64,000 nt of DNA from NCBI RefSeq assembly GCF_009914755.1, contig NC_060925.1; one strand, 5' to 3'. The notes beneath the pieces are model-generated. The model worked only from the letters and a program-made list of their open reading frames with translations, searched no databases and was not told the DNA's origin. Below, piece after piece: positions 16,257 to 35,217 of the stretch. How positions within the stretch are numbered: position 1 is the first letter of the stretch; the number at the start of each line of letters is the position of its first letter. Source of the DNA: the human T2T-CHM13v2.0 reference genome, Homo sapiens. Position numbers and translations under genes: made by a program.

Positions 16257-18420
16257 ATTTTTTTAAAGTTTTATTTTATTTTAAATTGACAATAATTATA
16301 TATATTATAAAGTACAATGTGGTGTTTTAATACATATATACAATATGGAGTTATGAATTTAGGCTAATTAGCATATCCGTCACCTCAAATATTTATCATT
16401 TCTTTGTGGTGAGAACATTTGAAATCCTGTTTTAGCTATTTTGAGATAAACAATATATTATTATTATTATTATTTTTTTTTTTTTTTGAGATGGAGTCTT
16501 GCTCTGTTGCCCAGGCTGGAGTACAGTGACACAATCTCAACTCACTGCAAGCTCCGCCTTCCGGGTTCATGACATTCTCCTGCCTCAGCCTCCTGAGTAG
16601 CTGGAACTACCTGCTCCCGCCACCACGCCCGGCTAGTTTTTTGTATTTTTAGTAGAGACGGGGTTTCACCGTGTTAGCCAGGGACAATATATTATTATTA
16701 TAGTCACTGTGCTGTGCAATAGAGCACCAGAATTTGTTACTGCTAACTAAAACTTTGTTCCCATTGACCAACATCTTCCTTTTCCCCATCAACCCCCACA
16801 ATCCCCAGACTCTGATAACCACTATTCTACTCTCTACTTCTATGAGTTCACCTTTTTTAGATTCCACATACAAGCGAGATCATATGGTATTTATCCCTCT
16901 GCACCTGGCTTATATCACTTAACATAATGTCCTCTAGGTTCATGACAGAATTTTCTGTTCTTTTAGTTTTGTTTGTTTTTTGGGGGGTGGAATAGTATTC
17001 TATTGTGTATATGTAGCACATTTTAAAAATCTGTTTGTGCACTGATGGACACGTAAGTTGTTTCCATATCTTGGATATTGTGATCTGTGCTGCAATGGAT
17101 ATGGGAATGCAGACATCTCTTTGATATACTGATTTCAGTTCCTTTGAGTATGTGCCCAGTAGTGAGATTGCTGAATCATGTGTTAATTTTCTATTTAGCT
17201 TTTTTGAGGAACCTTTATACTGTCTTCTAAAATGGCTGGAGAAAAAAATTACAATACCACCAACAGTGTATAAGTATTCCCTTTTTCTACATCCTTGCCA
17301 ACACTTATCTTTCATCTCTTTGGTAATAGCCAATCTAACAGGTATGAGGTGATTGCTCATTTTGTTTTTAACTTGCATTTCTCTTATGATGAGAGATGTT
17401 ATGTGGTTTTTCATGTATCTGTTGACCATTTGTATGTCTTTTTTAAATAAATGTCTACTCAAGTCATTTGCTCATTTTTAGTAGGCTTATTTGTTTCTTG
17501 TTATTGAGTAGTTTGAGTTCCTTATATATATTTTGGATTATTAACCCCTTATCCAATGTATGTTACCAATATATTCTCCCTATCTGTGGTTTGTCTCTTC
17601 ACTCTGTTAATTGTTTCCTTTGCTGTGCAGAAGCTTTTTAGTTTGATGCAATCCCATTTATTCATTTTTGCTTTTGTTGCCTATTCTTTTGGTATCATTT
17701 CTAAGATATCACTGCCCAGGCCAATATTAAGGAGCATTTTCTCTATGTTTTCTTCTATTAGTTTTAGAGTTTCAGGTTTTACATTTAAGTCTTAATCCAT
17801 TTTGAGTTGATTCTTACATAAGGGGTGAGATAGGGTTCATTTTCATTCTTCCGTAAGTAGATATTCAGTTTCCCAACACCATTTCTTGAAGAGACTATCC
17901 TTTTCTCATTGTGCATTTTTGGCACATTTGTCAAAAATCAGTTGACCATAGATGTGTGAGCCCAGTTTATTTCTGGGCTCTCTCTCCTATTCCATTGGTT
18001 GATGAGTCTGTCTTTATGCCACTATCAAGTTGTTTTCACTGCTATAACTTTGAAATATATTTTGAAATCCTGTAGTGTAATGCTTTCAGTTTTGTTGTTG
18101 TTGATTAAGATCTCTTTGGCTATTCAGGGTCTTTTATGTTTCCATATTAATTTAGGATTGTTTTTCTATTTCTGTGAAGAATGACATTGGAATTTTGATA
18201 GGGAGAGCATTGAATCTGTAGATTTGGGTAGTATGGACATTTAAGCAATATTAATTCTTCCAATCCATGAACATGGTATAGCTTTCAATTTTATTTGTGT
18301 CATCTTCAATTTTTTCATCAATGTTTTATAGTTTTCAGTATACACATTCTTCACTTCCTCATTTAAATTTACTCCCAGCTATTTTTTAAATGATATTGTA
18401 AATAAAATTGTGTCCTTGTT
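16257..18420 (-). mobile_element. L1MA-type LINE 3' portion, interrupted by an AluY
   Basis: L1MA-style 3'UTR and decayed ORF2 C-terminus (ORF 16857-17462). Confidence 0.88.
16455..16683 (-). mobile_element. 5'-truncated AluY
   Basis: Diagnostic gcaagctccgcc and gttagccagg; TSD acaatatattattattat. Confidence 0.9.
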
Positions 18421-21400
18421 AATTGAGAGTTTTTAGCTTGAAGGGTGTTGAAATTTATCAAAGGCCTTTTCTGCATCTATTGAGATAATCATGTGGTTTT
18501 TGTTATCAGTTCTGTTTACGTGATGGGTTGCATTTATTGATTTCCATATGTTGAACGAACCTTGCATCCCAGGGATGAAGCTGACTTGATAGTGGAGGAT
18601 AAGTTTTTGATGTGTTGCTGGATTCAATTTGCCAGTATTTTATTGAGGATATTCACATTGATGTTCATCAGGTATATTGGCCTGAAATTTTCTTTTTTTG
18701 TTGTGTCTGTGCCAGGTTTTGGTATCAGGATGATGCTGGCTGCATAAAATGAGCTGGGGAGGAGTCCCTCTCTTCTTATTGTTTGAAATAGTTTCAGAAG
18801 GAATGGTACCAGCTCCTCTTTGTACCTCTGGTAGAATTCAGCTGTGAATCCAACTGGTCCTGGACTTTTTTTGGTTGGTAGGCTATTAATTATTGCCTCA
18901 ATTTCAGAACTTGTTATTGGCCTACTCAGGGATTTGACTTCTTCCAGGTTTAGTCTTGGGAGGGTGCATGTGTCCAGGAATTTATCCATTTCTTCTAGAT
19001 TTTCTAGTTTATTTGTGTAGAGATGTTTATAGTATTCTCTGATGGTAGTTTATATTTCTGTGGGTCCCATGGTGATATCCCCTTTATCATTTTTTATTGT
19101 GTCTATTTGACTCTTCTCTCTTTTCTTTTTTATTAGCCTGGCTATTGGTCTATCTATTTTGTTAATCTTTTCAAAAAATCAGCTCCTGGACTCACGGATT
19201 TTTTGAAGGGTTTTTTGTGTCTCTATCTCCTTCAGTTCTGCCCTGATCTTAGTTATTTCCTGTCATCTGCTAGCTTTTGAATTTGTTTGCTCTTGCTTCT
19301 CTAGTTCTTTTAATTGTGTTGTTAGGGTGTCAATTTTAGATCTTTCCCGCTTTCTTCTGTAGGCATTTAGTGCTATGAATTTCCCTCTAAACTCTGCTTT
19401 AGTTGTGTCCCAGAGATTCTGTTATGTTGTGTCTTTGTTCTCATTGGTTTCAAAGAACATCTTTATTTCTGTCTTAATTTTGTTATTTACCCTGTAGCCA
19501 TTCAGGAGAAGGTTGTTCAGTTTCCATGTAGTTGTGTGGTTTTGAGTGAGATTCTTAATCCTGAGTTCTAATTTGATTGAACTGTTGTCTGAAAAACTGT
19601 TATGATTTCAGTTCTTTTGCATTTGCTGAGGAGTGTTTTACTTCCAATTATGTGGTCAATTTTAGAATAAGTGGAATGTGGTGCTCAGAAGAATGTATAT
19701 TCTGTTGATTTGGGGTGGAGGGTTCTGTAGACATCTATTAGGTCCAGGGCTAAGTTCAAGTCCTGAATATCCTTATTAATTTTCTGTCCCATTGAAACTA
19801 GGTATTGATGGAACATATCAAAATAATAAGAGCTCTTCATGACAAACCCAGAGCCAATATCATACTGAATAGGCAAAAGCTGGAAGCATTCCCTTTGAAA
19901 ACTGGCACAAGGCAAGGATGCCCGCTCTCTCCACTCCTAGTCAACATAGTATTGGAAGTTCAGGCCGGAGCAATTAGGCAAGAGAAAGAAATAAAGCGTA
20001 CTGAAATAGGAAGAGAGGAAGTCAAATTGTCTCTGTTTGCAGATGACATGATTGTATATTTAGAAAACCCCATCGTCTCAGCCCAAAATCTCTTTAAGCT
20101 GATAATGAACTTCAGCAAAGTCTCAGGATACAAAATCAATGTGCAAAAATCACAAGCATTCCTATACACCAATAATAGACAAATAGAGAGCCAAATTATG
20201 ACTGAACTCTCATTCACAATTGCTACAAAGAGAATAAAATACCTAGGAATACAACTTACAAGGTATGTGAAGGATCTCTTCAAAGAGAACTACAAACCAC
20301 TGCTCAAGGAAATAAGAGAGGACACAAACAAATGGAAAAACATTGCATGCTCATGGATAGGAAGAATCAATATTGTGAAAATGGCTTACTCCCCGAAGTA
20401 ATTTATAGATTCAATGCTATCCCCATCAAGCTACCATTGACTTTCTTCACAGAATTAAAAAAACTACTTTAAATTTCCTATGGAACCAAAAAAGAGCCTG
20501 GATAGCCAAGACAATCCTAAGCAAAAAGAACAGAGCTGGAGGCATCACACTACCTAACTTCAAACTATACTACAACGCTACAGTAACCAGAACAATGTGG
20601 TACTGGTACCAAAACAGATATATAGACCAATGGAACACAGCAGAAACCTCAGAAATAACACCACACATCTACAACAATCTGGTCTTTGACAAACCTGACA
20701 CACACAAGCAATGGGGAAAGGATTCCCTATTTAATAAATGATGTTGGGAAAACTGGCTAGCCATATGCAGAAAACTGAAACTGGACCCCTTCCTTACACA
20801 TTATACAAAAATCAATTCAAGATGGATCAAAGACTTAAACATAAGACCTAGGAACATAAAAACCCTAGAAGAAAACCTAGGCAATACCATTCAGGACATA
20901 GGCATGAGCAAAGACTTCATGACTAAAACACCAAAGCAATGGCAACAAAAGCCAAAATTGACAAATGGGATCTAATTAAACTAAAGAGCTTCTGCATAGC
21001 AAAAGAAACTGTCATCAGAGTGAACAGGCAACCTACAGAATGGGAGAAAAGTTTTGCAATCTATCCATCTGACAAAGGGCTAATATCCAGAATCTATAAA
21101 GAACTTAAACAAATTTACCAGAAAAAAATAAACAACTCCAACAAAAAGTGGGTGAAGGATATGAAGAGACATTTCTGTTGTTTTGCATTTGCTGAGGAGT
21201 GTTTTACTTCCAATTATGTGGTCAATTTTAGAATAAGTGGAATGTGGTGCTCAGAAGAATGTATATTCTGTTGATTTGGGGTGGAGAGTTCTGTAGACGT
21301 CTATTAGGTATTCAAAAGAAGACATTTATGTGGCCAAGAAACATAAGAAAAAAAGCTCATCATCATTGGTCATTAGAGAAATGCAAGTCTAAACCACAAT

Positions 21401-22113
21401 GAGATACCATCTCACACCAGTTAGAATGGCGATCATTAAAAAGTTAGGAAACAACAGATGCTGGAGAGGATGTGGAGAAGTAGGAACGCTTTTACACTGT
21501 TGGTGGATGTGTAAATTAGTTCAACCATTGTGGAAGACGGTGTGGCAATTCGTCAAGCATCTAGAACTAGAAATACCATTTGACCCAGCAATCCCGTTAC
21601 TGGGCATATACCCAAAGGATTACAAATCATTCTACTACGAAGACACAGGCACAAGTATGTTTATTGCAGCACTGTTCACAATAGCAAAAACTTGGAACCA
21701 ACCCAAATGCCCATCAATGACAGACTGGATAAAGAAAATGTGGCATATAGTACCACGGAGTACTATGCAGACATAAAAAAGGATGAGTTTATGTCCTTTG
21801 CAGGGACATGGATTAAGTTGGAAACCATCATTCTCAGCAAACTAACACAGGAACAGAAAACCAAACAACTCGTGTTCTCACTGATAAGTGGGAGTTGAAC
21901 AATGAGAACACATGGACACAGGGAGGAGAACATCACACACCGGGGCCTGTCAGTGAGTAGGGGGCTAGGGGAGGGATGGCATTAGGAAAAATACCTAATG
22001 TAGATGACGGGTTGATGGGTGCAGCAAACCACCATGGCATGTGTATCCCTATGTAACAAACTTGCATGTTCTGCACATATGTCCCAAAACTTAAAGTATA
22101 ATAATAATAATAA
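18421..22113 (+). mobile_element. L1PA with 5' inversion (18421-19794 antisense, 19795-22113 sense)
   Basis: The inverted part ends at ...CTAAAAACTCTCAAT and the sense part resumes at AAACTAGGTATTGATGG, contiguous in L1 ORF2. (AAT)n tail. Confidence 0.93.
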
Positions 22114-22387
22114 TGAAGGCCAGAGGAATTACAAAGTCCTTATTTTTAAAGGCATCAAAGAGTCTTTAAAGAGGAAGTAATGGGATATCATCACCCAAAA
22201 TTCCAGAGAGGCAGAACCTTTTTCAGATGACCTGACATCATCAACCATTTTTTACCTTGAGGGGAGAGTTGGGGGGAGATTTGCTGATTCTAGACATGAG
22301 CTGAATATTGAGCTTAGTGTAGGCTGAGGAGGAAAGAACAATAAAAATTTTCTTGACTGTGTTAGTGTAGAGGGAAAATTTGGAAGC

Positions 22388-22760
22388 TGCTATAGTCTGA
22401 ATGCATCACCCAAAATTTGTATGTTGGAAACGTAATCTCCAATGCAACAGTATAGGGAGGTGGGGCCTAATGGGAAGTGTTTAGGTCATGAGGGCTCTAC
22501 ATTCAAGAATGGATAGCTGACATTACAAAAAGGGCTTGTGGGAATAAGTTCATTCTCTTCTGCTCTTCTGCCATGTGAAAAAACTTTATGGCCCTTCTGT
22601 ATTCTGCCATGTGAGGATGCAGCAAGTAGGCCCTCAAAAGACCCCAGCACCCTGATTTTTAATTTCCCAGGCTCCAGAACTGTGAGAAAATGAATTTCTA
22701 TTCTTTATAAATTACCCAGTCTCAGGTCTTCTGTTATAGCAGCACAAATGGACTAAGAAA
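22388..22760 (+). mobile_element. MST-type MaLR solo LTR
   Basis: tgctatagtctgaatg...cccagtctcaggtcttctgttatagcagcacaaatggactaaga. Confidence 0.85.
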
Positions 22761-23473
22761 CCTGAGGTGGTCCCTAACATATGGCTGATTTTCTCACAGG
22801 ATATTTACTAGTTTCTAGGAGTGCATGAGAGTCTGGTGATCTAGACAGATGTCTTCTAAAAGTAGAGTGAAATCTTTCACAGTCCTGCATATCGTGAAAG
22901 AGACCTGCCCTGGTGGTTTCTCCCTTAGTTGATTTGCCAAATTTTGAAGCTATATAGTATGGGAGGCTGAGGAGCTGGGCCGAGAAACTCTGAAAAGAAG
23001 GGCTAGCTCTCCTATTGTCTTTCAGATTGGAGGAGATGGATGCCTGACAGTGTCTTAATCAAAGGCCCAGGAGGCCACCTTATATAAATTGAAATCCAGG
23101 CCAATGAAGCTGGATCCCTGACTGCCATGAGGTGATCAGTCTCTTATATCTGCCTAAGAGAAAGAAGGGAAAACACTATCTGGTGGAAGAAAGTATAACT
23201 TTAAGCATCTCTGGTTCTTTTATATATAATGCACAGCATTAAATTTAAGAAATACCAGGCAGACAAAAATATGATTGATTAACAAGAGGAAAAAGACTTT
23301 AGAAACAGACCTATAGATATTAGATTAGGATGCAAGGATGTTTAAATAGCTATAATTAATGTTTTGAAGAGAATAGTGGAAAAGATATACACAATAGGTG
23401 AAAAGATATACACAATAGGTGAAAATTTTCTGTAGAGAATTTCAACAGAGATTTTGAATTTATTGAAAAATGA

Positions 23474-23800
23474 GGCCAGACACAGTGGCTCACTCCTGTA
23501 ATCCCAGCACTTTGGGAGGCTAAGATAGGCAGATTGCTACAGCCCAGGAGCTCAAGACCAGCCTGGGAAACATGGCAAAACCCTGTCTCTACAAAAAATA
23601 CAGAAATTGGCTGGGCATTGTTACATGTGTCTGTAGTTCCAGCTACCAGGGAGACTGAGGTGGGAAGATTGCTTGAGCCTGGGAGGTCAAGGCTGCAGTG
23701 AGCCATTATCATGCCACTTCACTCCAGCCTGGGCAACAAAGTGAAACCCTGTCTTAAAAAAAAAAAAATAAAGAAAGGAAAGAAAAAAAAAGGAAAGAAA
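23474..23800 (+). mobile_element. AluJ
   Basis: Dimer with AluJ-type cccaggag/gaggtcaaggctgcagtgagc; A-rich tail. Confidence 0.92.
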
Positions 23801-25056
23801 AGTGAATTGAATATTATAAGAGATAGGAAAAAAAAAAAACTGTATGGACCCTTTGTCATGTAATACCCAACCGTCCTTCTTCTCTTTGAAGAGACACCAG
23901 CTTAGGCACATATTTGAGACTGTCTCTTCCGGGTTTCCAAACCAATATCACTACTAATGCTCTCCTTCCTACTATTTAGCCATCCTGATGATGTTTTGGA
24001 CAACATAGCTCTCAGAAAGAATGTTTCTGTCAGCCCCCATAAGGTGTCAGACTTTCAGTCTCTCTCCCAGGAGCCTATCCTTCCTAGATCTAGACAGAAT
24101 GGGGCAGAGAAAGCCTGGCTGTTTATTTCACCAATGCAGATTTTCTCTACAGAGGCAAATCTCCTCCACAAAAGGCAGCTTTGCAGGGCTATTGCCATCT
24201 TCAGGTCATCTGAACAGCCATCTTGAAATATGTCAAAAAGTGTATTTGGGGGTGAATTTTTTTTTGTTTCCTTTAGTGATCACAAGTTGCATAGAAATGA
24301 CAGTTATTTTCAGATATTTGGAAAATTATTATGCAGAAGAGGAATTAGGTTATTCAGAGAAAACCACTAGGAGAAAGTAGGCAAGTTCCAAGAAGAAGTA
24401 TTTTAATGTACAAAAACTTGACTCTCTAGCAATGGAACCTCTCTAACAATGAAACATGAGAAACCTCTCTAACAATGGAACATGTACCTTTGTTAGCTCT
24501 CTAACAATGGAACATGAGAAACTGTTGTGAGAGAGAAGTTCAGGGAAGACATGGAGGATGTTTGGCAAGGGAGTTTGGCCAGAGGAGGTGTTGGGTTTAG
24601 AGGGAAGGAGCAACTAATTATGCTTCCTCTACTTCTGATTTGGAATCAATTTTAAGATAGACAGAAGATTCATACAGATGGAGAAAAAGTGTCAGCTCTG
24701 TTATTGATAAAGCTGGTTGGCAAATGTGGCTTTAGGCAAGTTAATGCATGATTCACACTCAGGACCATACTTGGCACTTAGAAAGCACTTGATAAATGTT
24801 GACTATCACTATCATTATAATCAGGAGGAGGTGGGAATGTAGGAGGAGAAGAAGGAAGAGGCCATAAGTGGGCAAACCCTCCCAACAAGAGAGTAGAGTC
24901 TGCCATTGTGAGCAGGTAGGAATAGACAAGAATATCTGCCTCCTACAAAAAGGCTGGTTCCAAGAAAGACAGCTGAGAAGGCATTGAGTGGAGGTTGCTC
25001 AGTTATCTTCCCAAACTCACAAAATAGTTTATGCACTTCTCTTTCCTGAGGTGAAG

Positions 25057-26113
25057 TGTTATGGGAAGTCAGGGACCCCAAACAGAGGGACCGGCTGAAG
25101 CCATGGCAGAAGAACATAAATTGTGAAGATTTCATGGACATTTATTAGTTCCCCAAATTAATACTTTTATAACTTCTTACACCTGTCTTTACTGCAATCT
25201 CTGAACATAAATTGTGAAGATTTCATGGACACTTATCACTTCCCCAATCAATACTCTTGTGATTTCCTATGCCTGTCTTTACTTTAATCTCTTAATCCCA
25301 TCATCTTTGTAAGCTGAGGATGAATGTCGCCTCAGGACCCTGTGATGATTGCGTTAACTGCACAAATTGTTTAAACAATATGAAATCTGGGCACCGTGAA
25401 AAAAGAACAGGATAACAGGGATGTTCAGGGAACAAGAGAGATAACCTTAGTCTGGCTACCTATGGGCTGGGCGGAACAGAGCCATATTTCTCTTCTTTCA
25501 AAAGCAAATAGGAGAAATATCGCTGAATTCTTTTTCTCAGCAAGGAACAGCCCTGAGAAAGAGAACGCATTCCTAGGGGTAAGCCTCTGAAATGGCCGCT
25601 CTGGGGACGTCTGTCTTTTACAGTTGCAGATAAGGGATGAAATAAGCCCCAGTCTCCTGTAGCACTCCCAGACTTATTAGGATGAGGAAATTCCCACCTA
25701 ATACATTTTGGTCAGACTGGTTGTCTGCTCTCAAACCCTGCCTCCTGATAAGATGTTATCAATGACAATGTGTGCCTGAAACTTCATTGGCAATTTTAAT
25801 TTCACCCTGGTCCTGTGATCTTGTCCTGCCTCCATTTGCCTTGTGATATTTTATTACCTTGTGAAGCGTGTGATCTCTGTCACCCACATCCTATTAGTAC
25901 ACTCCCTCCCCTTTTGAAAATCACTAATAAAAACTTGCTAGTTTTGTGGTTTGGGGGCATCATGGAACCTGCTGACATGTGATGTCTCCCCCGGACACCC
26001 AGCTTTAAAATTTCTCTCTTTTGTACTCTTTCCCTTTATTTCTCGGACCAGCCAGCACTTAAGGAAAATAGAAAAGAACCTACGTGAAATATCAGGGGTG
26101 AATTTCCCTGAGA
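25057..26113 (+). mobile_element. MER11 (MER11B/C-like, HERV-K11/HML-8) solo LTR
   Basis: Starts TGTTATGGGAAGTCAGGGACCCC; internal repeat gaacataaattgtgaagatttcatggaca twice; ends ggggtgaatttccctgaga; 6-bp TSD gtgaag/gtggag. Confidence 0.92.
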
Positions 26114-26314
26114 GTGGAGTAAATGAGTAGGGGAGAGGCCAGGCGTGGAATGTCACTCAAGCTAAAGTGCTTCCACTTGAAAAGGATGTCTACATTGAGG
26201 TAGGGGTTAGATTATCAAAAATTCTGACTCCATTTATTTAAGTGTATGGGCCTATATTTTTCCCTTTCTTCCTTCCCTCCCTCCCTCCCTCTCTCTGTCT
26301 CTTTCTCTCTTTCT

Positions 26315-32000
<5,686 letters not shown>

Positions 32001-32673
32001 CCCAGGGTAATTATTAATAGCATCTTCTTTTATTTTCCAATGGTTCTCAGTAGATCACATAGTGATCTACCTGTTATAATAATTCAATTGCCTGTGTTCT
32101 TTGTATCTCCTGCTGGATGACAAGCCAAACACTTAGTAGGAACTTAATAACTTTGTTGAATGAGTGAAGCATTGAGTAGAACTAGAAGTCTTCTGTGAAA
32201 TAAACTTAGTACACTTAACCTTTTAGAGCCTTTCATCAATCCACATTAGCCTCCTTATCTCCTTTCAGCCTGTAAGAGCTGAGAAACCAGACACAGTTTC
32301 ATCCAGTCTGTGACTAAGTCCACATCCTTTAGATACAAGGAAGTGGTGGGGATGCTAAGGTTGGGTGGATTGTGTTGCTATATCACCCTCTTGTGGCTGG
32401 TGTGTGAAACTCATCACGAAATCCTTTCTGTGGTATAAGTAGTTCTATAAATCTCAACCCAGATCTCATTTTGGTTTCAGGTTAGATTTGGTCATCATTA
32501 TTTTTTAAAAAGTTTCCCGGGTAATTCTAATATTTAGGTAAACTTGGGTGTCATTGGCAGGTTTGGGCCATGCTTAAGTGACCAGGTGGCCACCTTTGAC
32601 AGATCTACTTCTTGGTATATAGAAGCGTATTTAGTTTTCTCAGAGCTCACCAGGGGGCCAGCATATCTCTAGA

Positions 32674-32893
32674 TCAGTGGTTCTCAACTGGGGGAGATTT
32701 TGCCAAGCAGGGGACATTTGGTAGTGTTTGGAGACACTTGATTGTCACAATCAAGGACAGGGCATGTGCCATACACCCAGTGGGCCGAGGCCAGGGATGC
32801 TGTTAAACACCCTACAGTGCACAGGACAGCCCCATGACAAAAAAATTATCCAGCCCCAAATGTCAATAGTGTGGCAGTTGAGAAACCCTGCTC
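32674..32893. mobile_element. MER20 hAT-Charlie element
   Basis: cagtggttctcaac...ggggacatttgg...gttgagaaaccctg termini. Confidence 0.88.
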
Positions 32894-33220
32894 TAGATTT
32901 TGTCCACAAGGGGAATTTGGCGGAGTTCAGGGAAGGGAATTACTCTGGCAGTGACAAAAATTAAACAATCCTTTCAACACAGTTCTCCATGTGGAGGGTG
33001 GTTCCTGACCTTTGGTGAAGGGGATGCCAAGCTAACCCTTGTCCACCTCCAGGAAAGGGACAACCTCACATCCTATCTGATCAAATCTGCCTCCTTCAGC
33101 ATTTCATAACTATGGCATGGAGACATAAGGCCAGGAAACACATCATGCCATATTACTGTGTTATAAATCCTTTAGGAAACACAAGACAAAAGTGCAATTT
33201 CCTTGATGGACTGGCTGTAA

Positions 33221-33226
33221 TTTATT
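33221..33226 (-). terminator. SLAMF1: Distal polyadenylation signal of SLAMF1
   Basis: TTTATT on plus, followed on minus by a GT/T-rich element (TTTTGTCTTGTGTTT). Confidence 0.65.
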
Positions 33227-33919
33227 CATTTCCAAAAAGTAGAAACATAAACTTCAGAAGAAGAATCAATTCACAGTGGCTTCTCAGCCAGCACACACCA
33301 CCCGCTGTAACAATCACATCCCCGCTGTGTGAATGGAGGAAGCGTCCTGAAGAGCCTGGGACTGTGCCCAGTTGTACTTCAGAACATCAGTCCCTTCAAA
33401 CCGAGAATGGGTGTGTTCCTCCTGACTTCTCTAGAATTCAGACATGCTTGGTCAAAAGAAAACAGCATTAGAGGGGAAACACGGGGAAAACTTATTGTTT
33501 TAAGTCTGAGGAAAAGGCAAGCTCCCGCTCCCCATAGTGCCATTTGGGGGAAACTAGAGAGTTGTGAATGTATCACCAGAAGGGGTTGTTTTACCACGTG
33601 TAACCATGGTCTAGGGTGAGAGGCATAATGCCAGTGCTGTTTGGTGGGTGGCCCAAAAGACTCCCTCCCCAGTGAGGTCTTGAGCCCAGGGGTGCAGGAT
33701 ACTTGGAAGTGATAGCCTCTTCTTCACCCTTTGTTTCTGCCCTTCCTTCAGGTAGAATTCAGCTACTGGAAAAATCCAAGTGCTGGGAACTGAGCTTCTA
33801 GAGCAATCTGAGTTGTAGTAAAGGAATGGGTGCTCATAAGCCCAGGGTTTACAAATCTTCATTAGTAGCTCCACAGTTTTGAGAGTAGACAGTGAATGAG
33901 GGTAAGGTTATACAAGGGT

Positions 33920-34900
33920 GGCGTAGTGGATAATTGTGAGGCTTTTTTGTCTGCCTACCACCTGAATCCCACTTCTATTATTTGTAGAATTCCTTAATTC
34001 ATAAGAAGTGAAAGTGGAAAATGCCAGATATTCAATTCCCAGCCCCCCTTGGAGATAGGACATGGACATGTGACCTAGGATTGGCCACTCAATCCCAGAC
34101 TTTGAATTATAAGCTAGAGATGAAAGGATGAAGAAGGGACCCTGGAGAATTCATTTTCATGGCAGACAGTGCAGCAGTAACAGTAATATCAAGTTTCCAA
34201 GTCCAGCAGAGACAGTGAGGCAGTGGTAGAGTCTGTGCCTAGTGCTGGGGACAGTGGCTGTGCATGAACAGGATCATCATCCCTGGGCTGGTTTTGTAAT
34301 TTTGGCTGTGCTCCCAGCCACAGCCTAGTCTCTTCTTTTCCTGCTCACTTTCAAAGCATGGTTTTGCAGAAACTTCTAGCAGTTATTGGAACCAATCAGT
34401 ATCTTTTCAATAGGTTCCTTTTCTACATAAAAAAGCCAAAGCCAGCTTCTGTTGATTGCAACTAAGAACTCTATTAAAGAAGCTGGTACCAGGAAACGAG
34501 ATGCACTAAGCAACAGGCTTACAATGTGAATTGACCTCATAGAGGAGGTAAGATACAAGGCAATAAGGACCTGAGTTTTGAGCTGGGAAGTTGGTGCTCC
34601 TTATTATGCAATGGTATGATAGTGGCTGTTTCTTACAGTACTTACCAAGTTTATATAAGAAACAATAAGAAAAAGCAGGGCTTAAATTGAGGACAGCCTG
34701 TCTAAAAGCAGAGAATAGGAAAAAACAAAGGACTTTACTTAAAAAGTCTCTTTCTGCCTGCAGCTTGCAAAATAAGTTATTGAGCATTCAAAGATTTGAA
34801 GCTGTTAGACCAAAATAACTTAATTTTCTACTAGAGGATAAATTTAGTGTGAGGAGAGGTATGCAGGGAGTAGAAAGTGCCTAGGAAAGACCTTGACCTG
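33920..34900 (+). mobile_element. ERVL-type LTR (LTR33/LTR16-like) plus start of internal sequence, antisense within the long SLAMF1 3'UTR
   Basis: ggacatgtgacctagg; 3' end ttccttttct...cttctgttgattgcaactaagaac followed by ctggtaccagga. Confidence 0.5.
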
Positions 34901-35211
34901 CAATACCCCTTGAAGCCCTGGATATAAGAGGTTCAGAATCTGGTCACAGAGAGTCTTAGCTGAGGTTCCAGGTTTGTTGTTCAAGGGAATCAACAGAGAA
35001 CTGGGATTTAAACATCATTTTGAGAAGTGAAAAATCACCATGGGACAAGTTCCTCTGAGTATTCCAAGCTCCTTTGTAACAGCACCATCAAACATTTGCT
35101 ACGTTTTTCTTTAAAACTGAATGCCATTTGCACAGAACTGTACTTTTAAGGCTCTTACATGGTTTCCAGTCCACTGTTCAAAACTCAGAGATCTCAAAAT
35201 CATTCTTTCTG

Positions 35212-35217
35212 TTTATT
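35212..35217 (-). terminator. SLAMF1: Proximal polyadenylation signal of SLAMF1
   Basis: TTTATT on plus, about 625 nt after the stop. Confidence 0.65.

Noticed and set aside
24422-24522. Repeat-spacer pattern resembling a CRISPR array
   Set aside because: Mammalian DNA, spacers very short and irregular, no cas genes.
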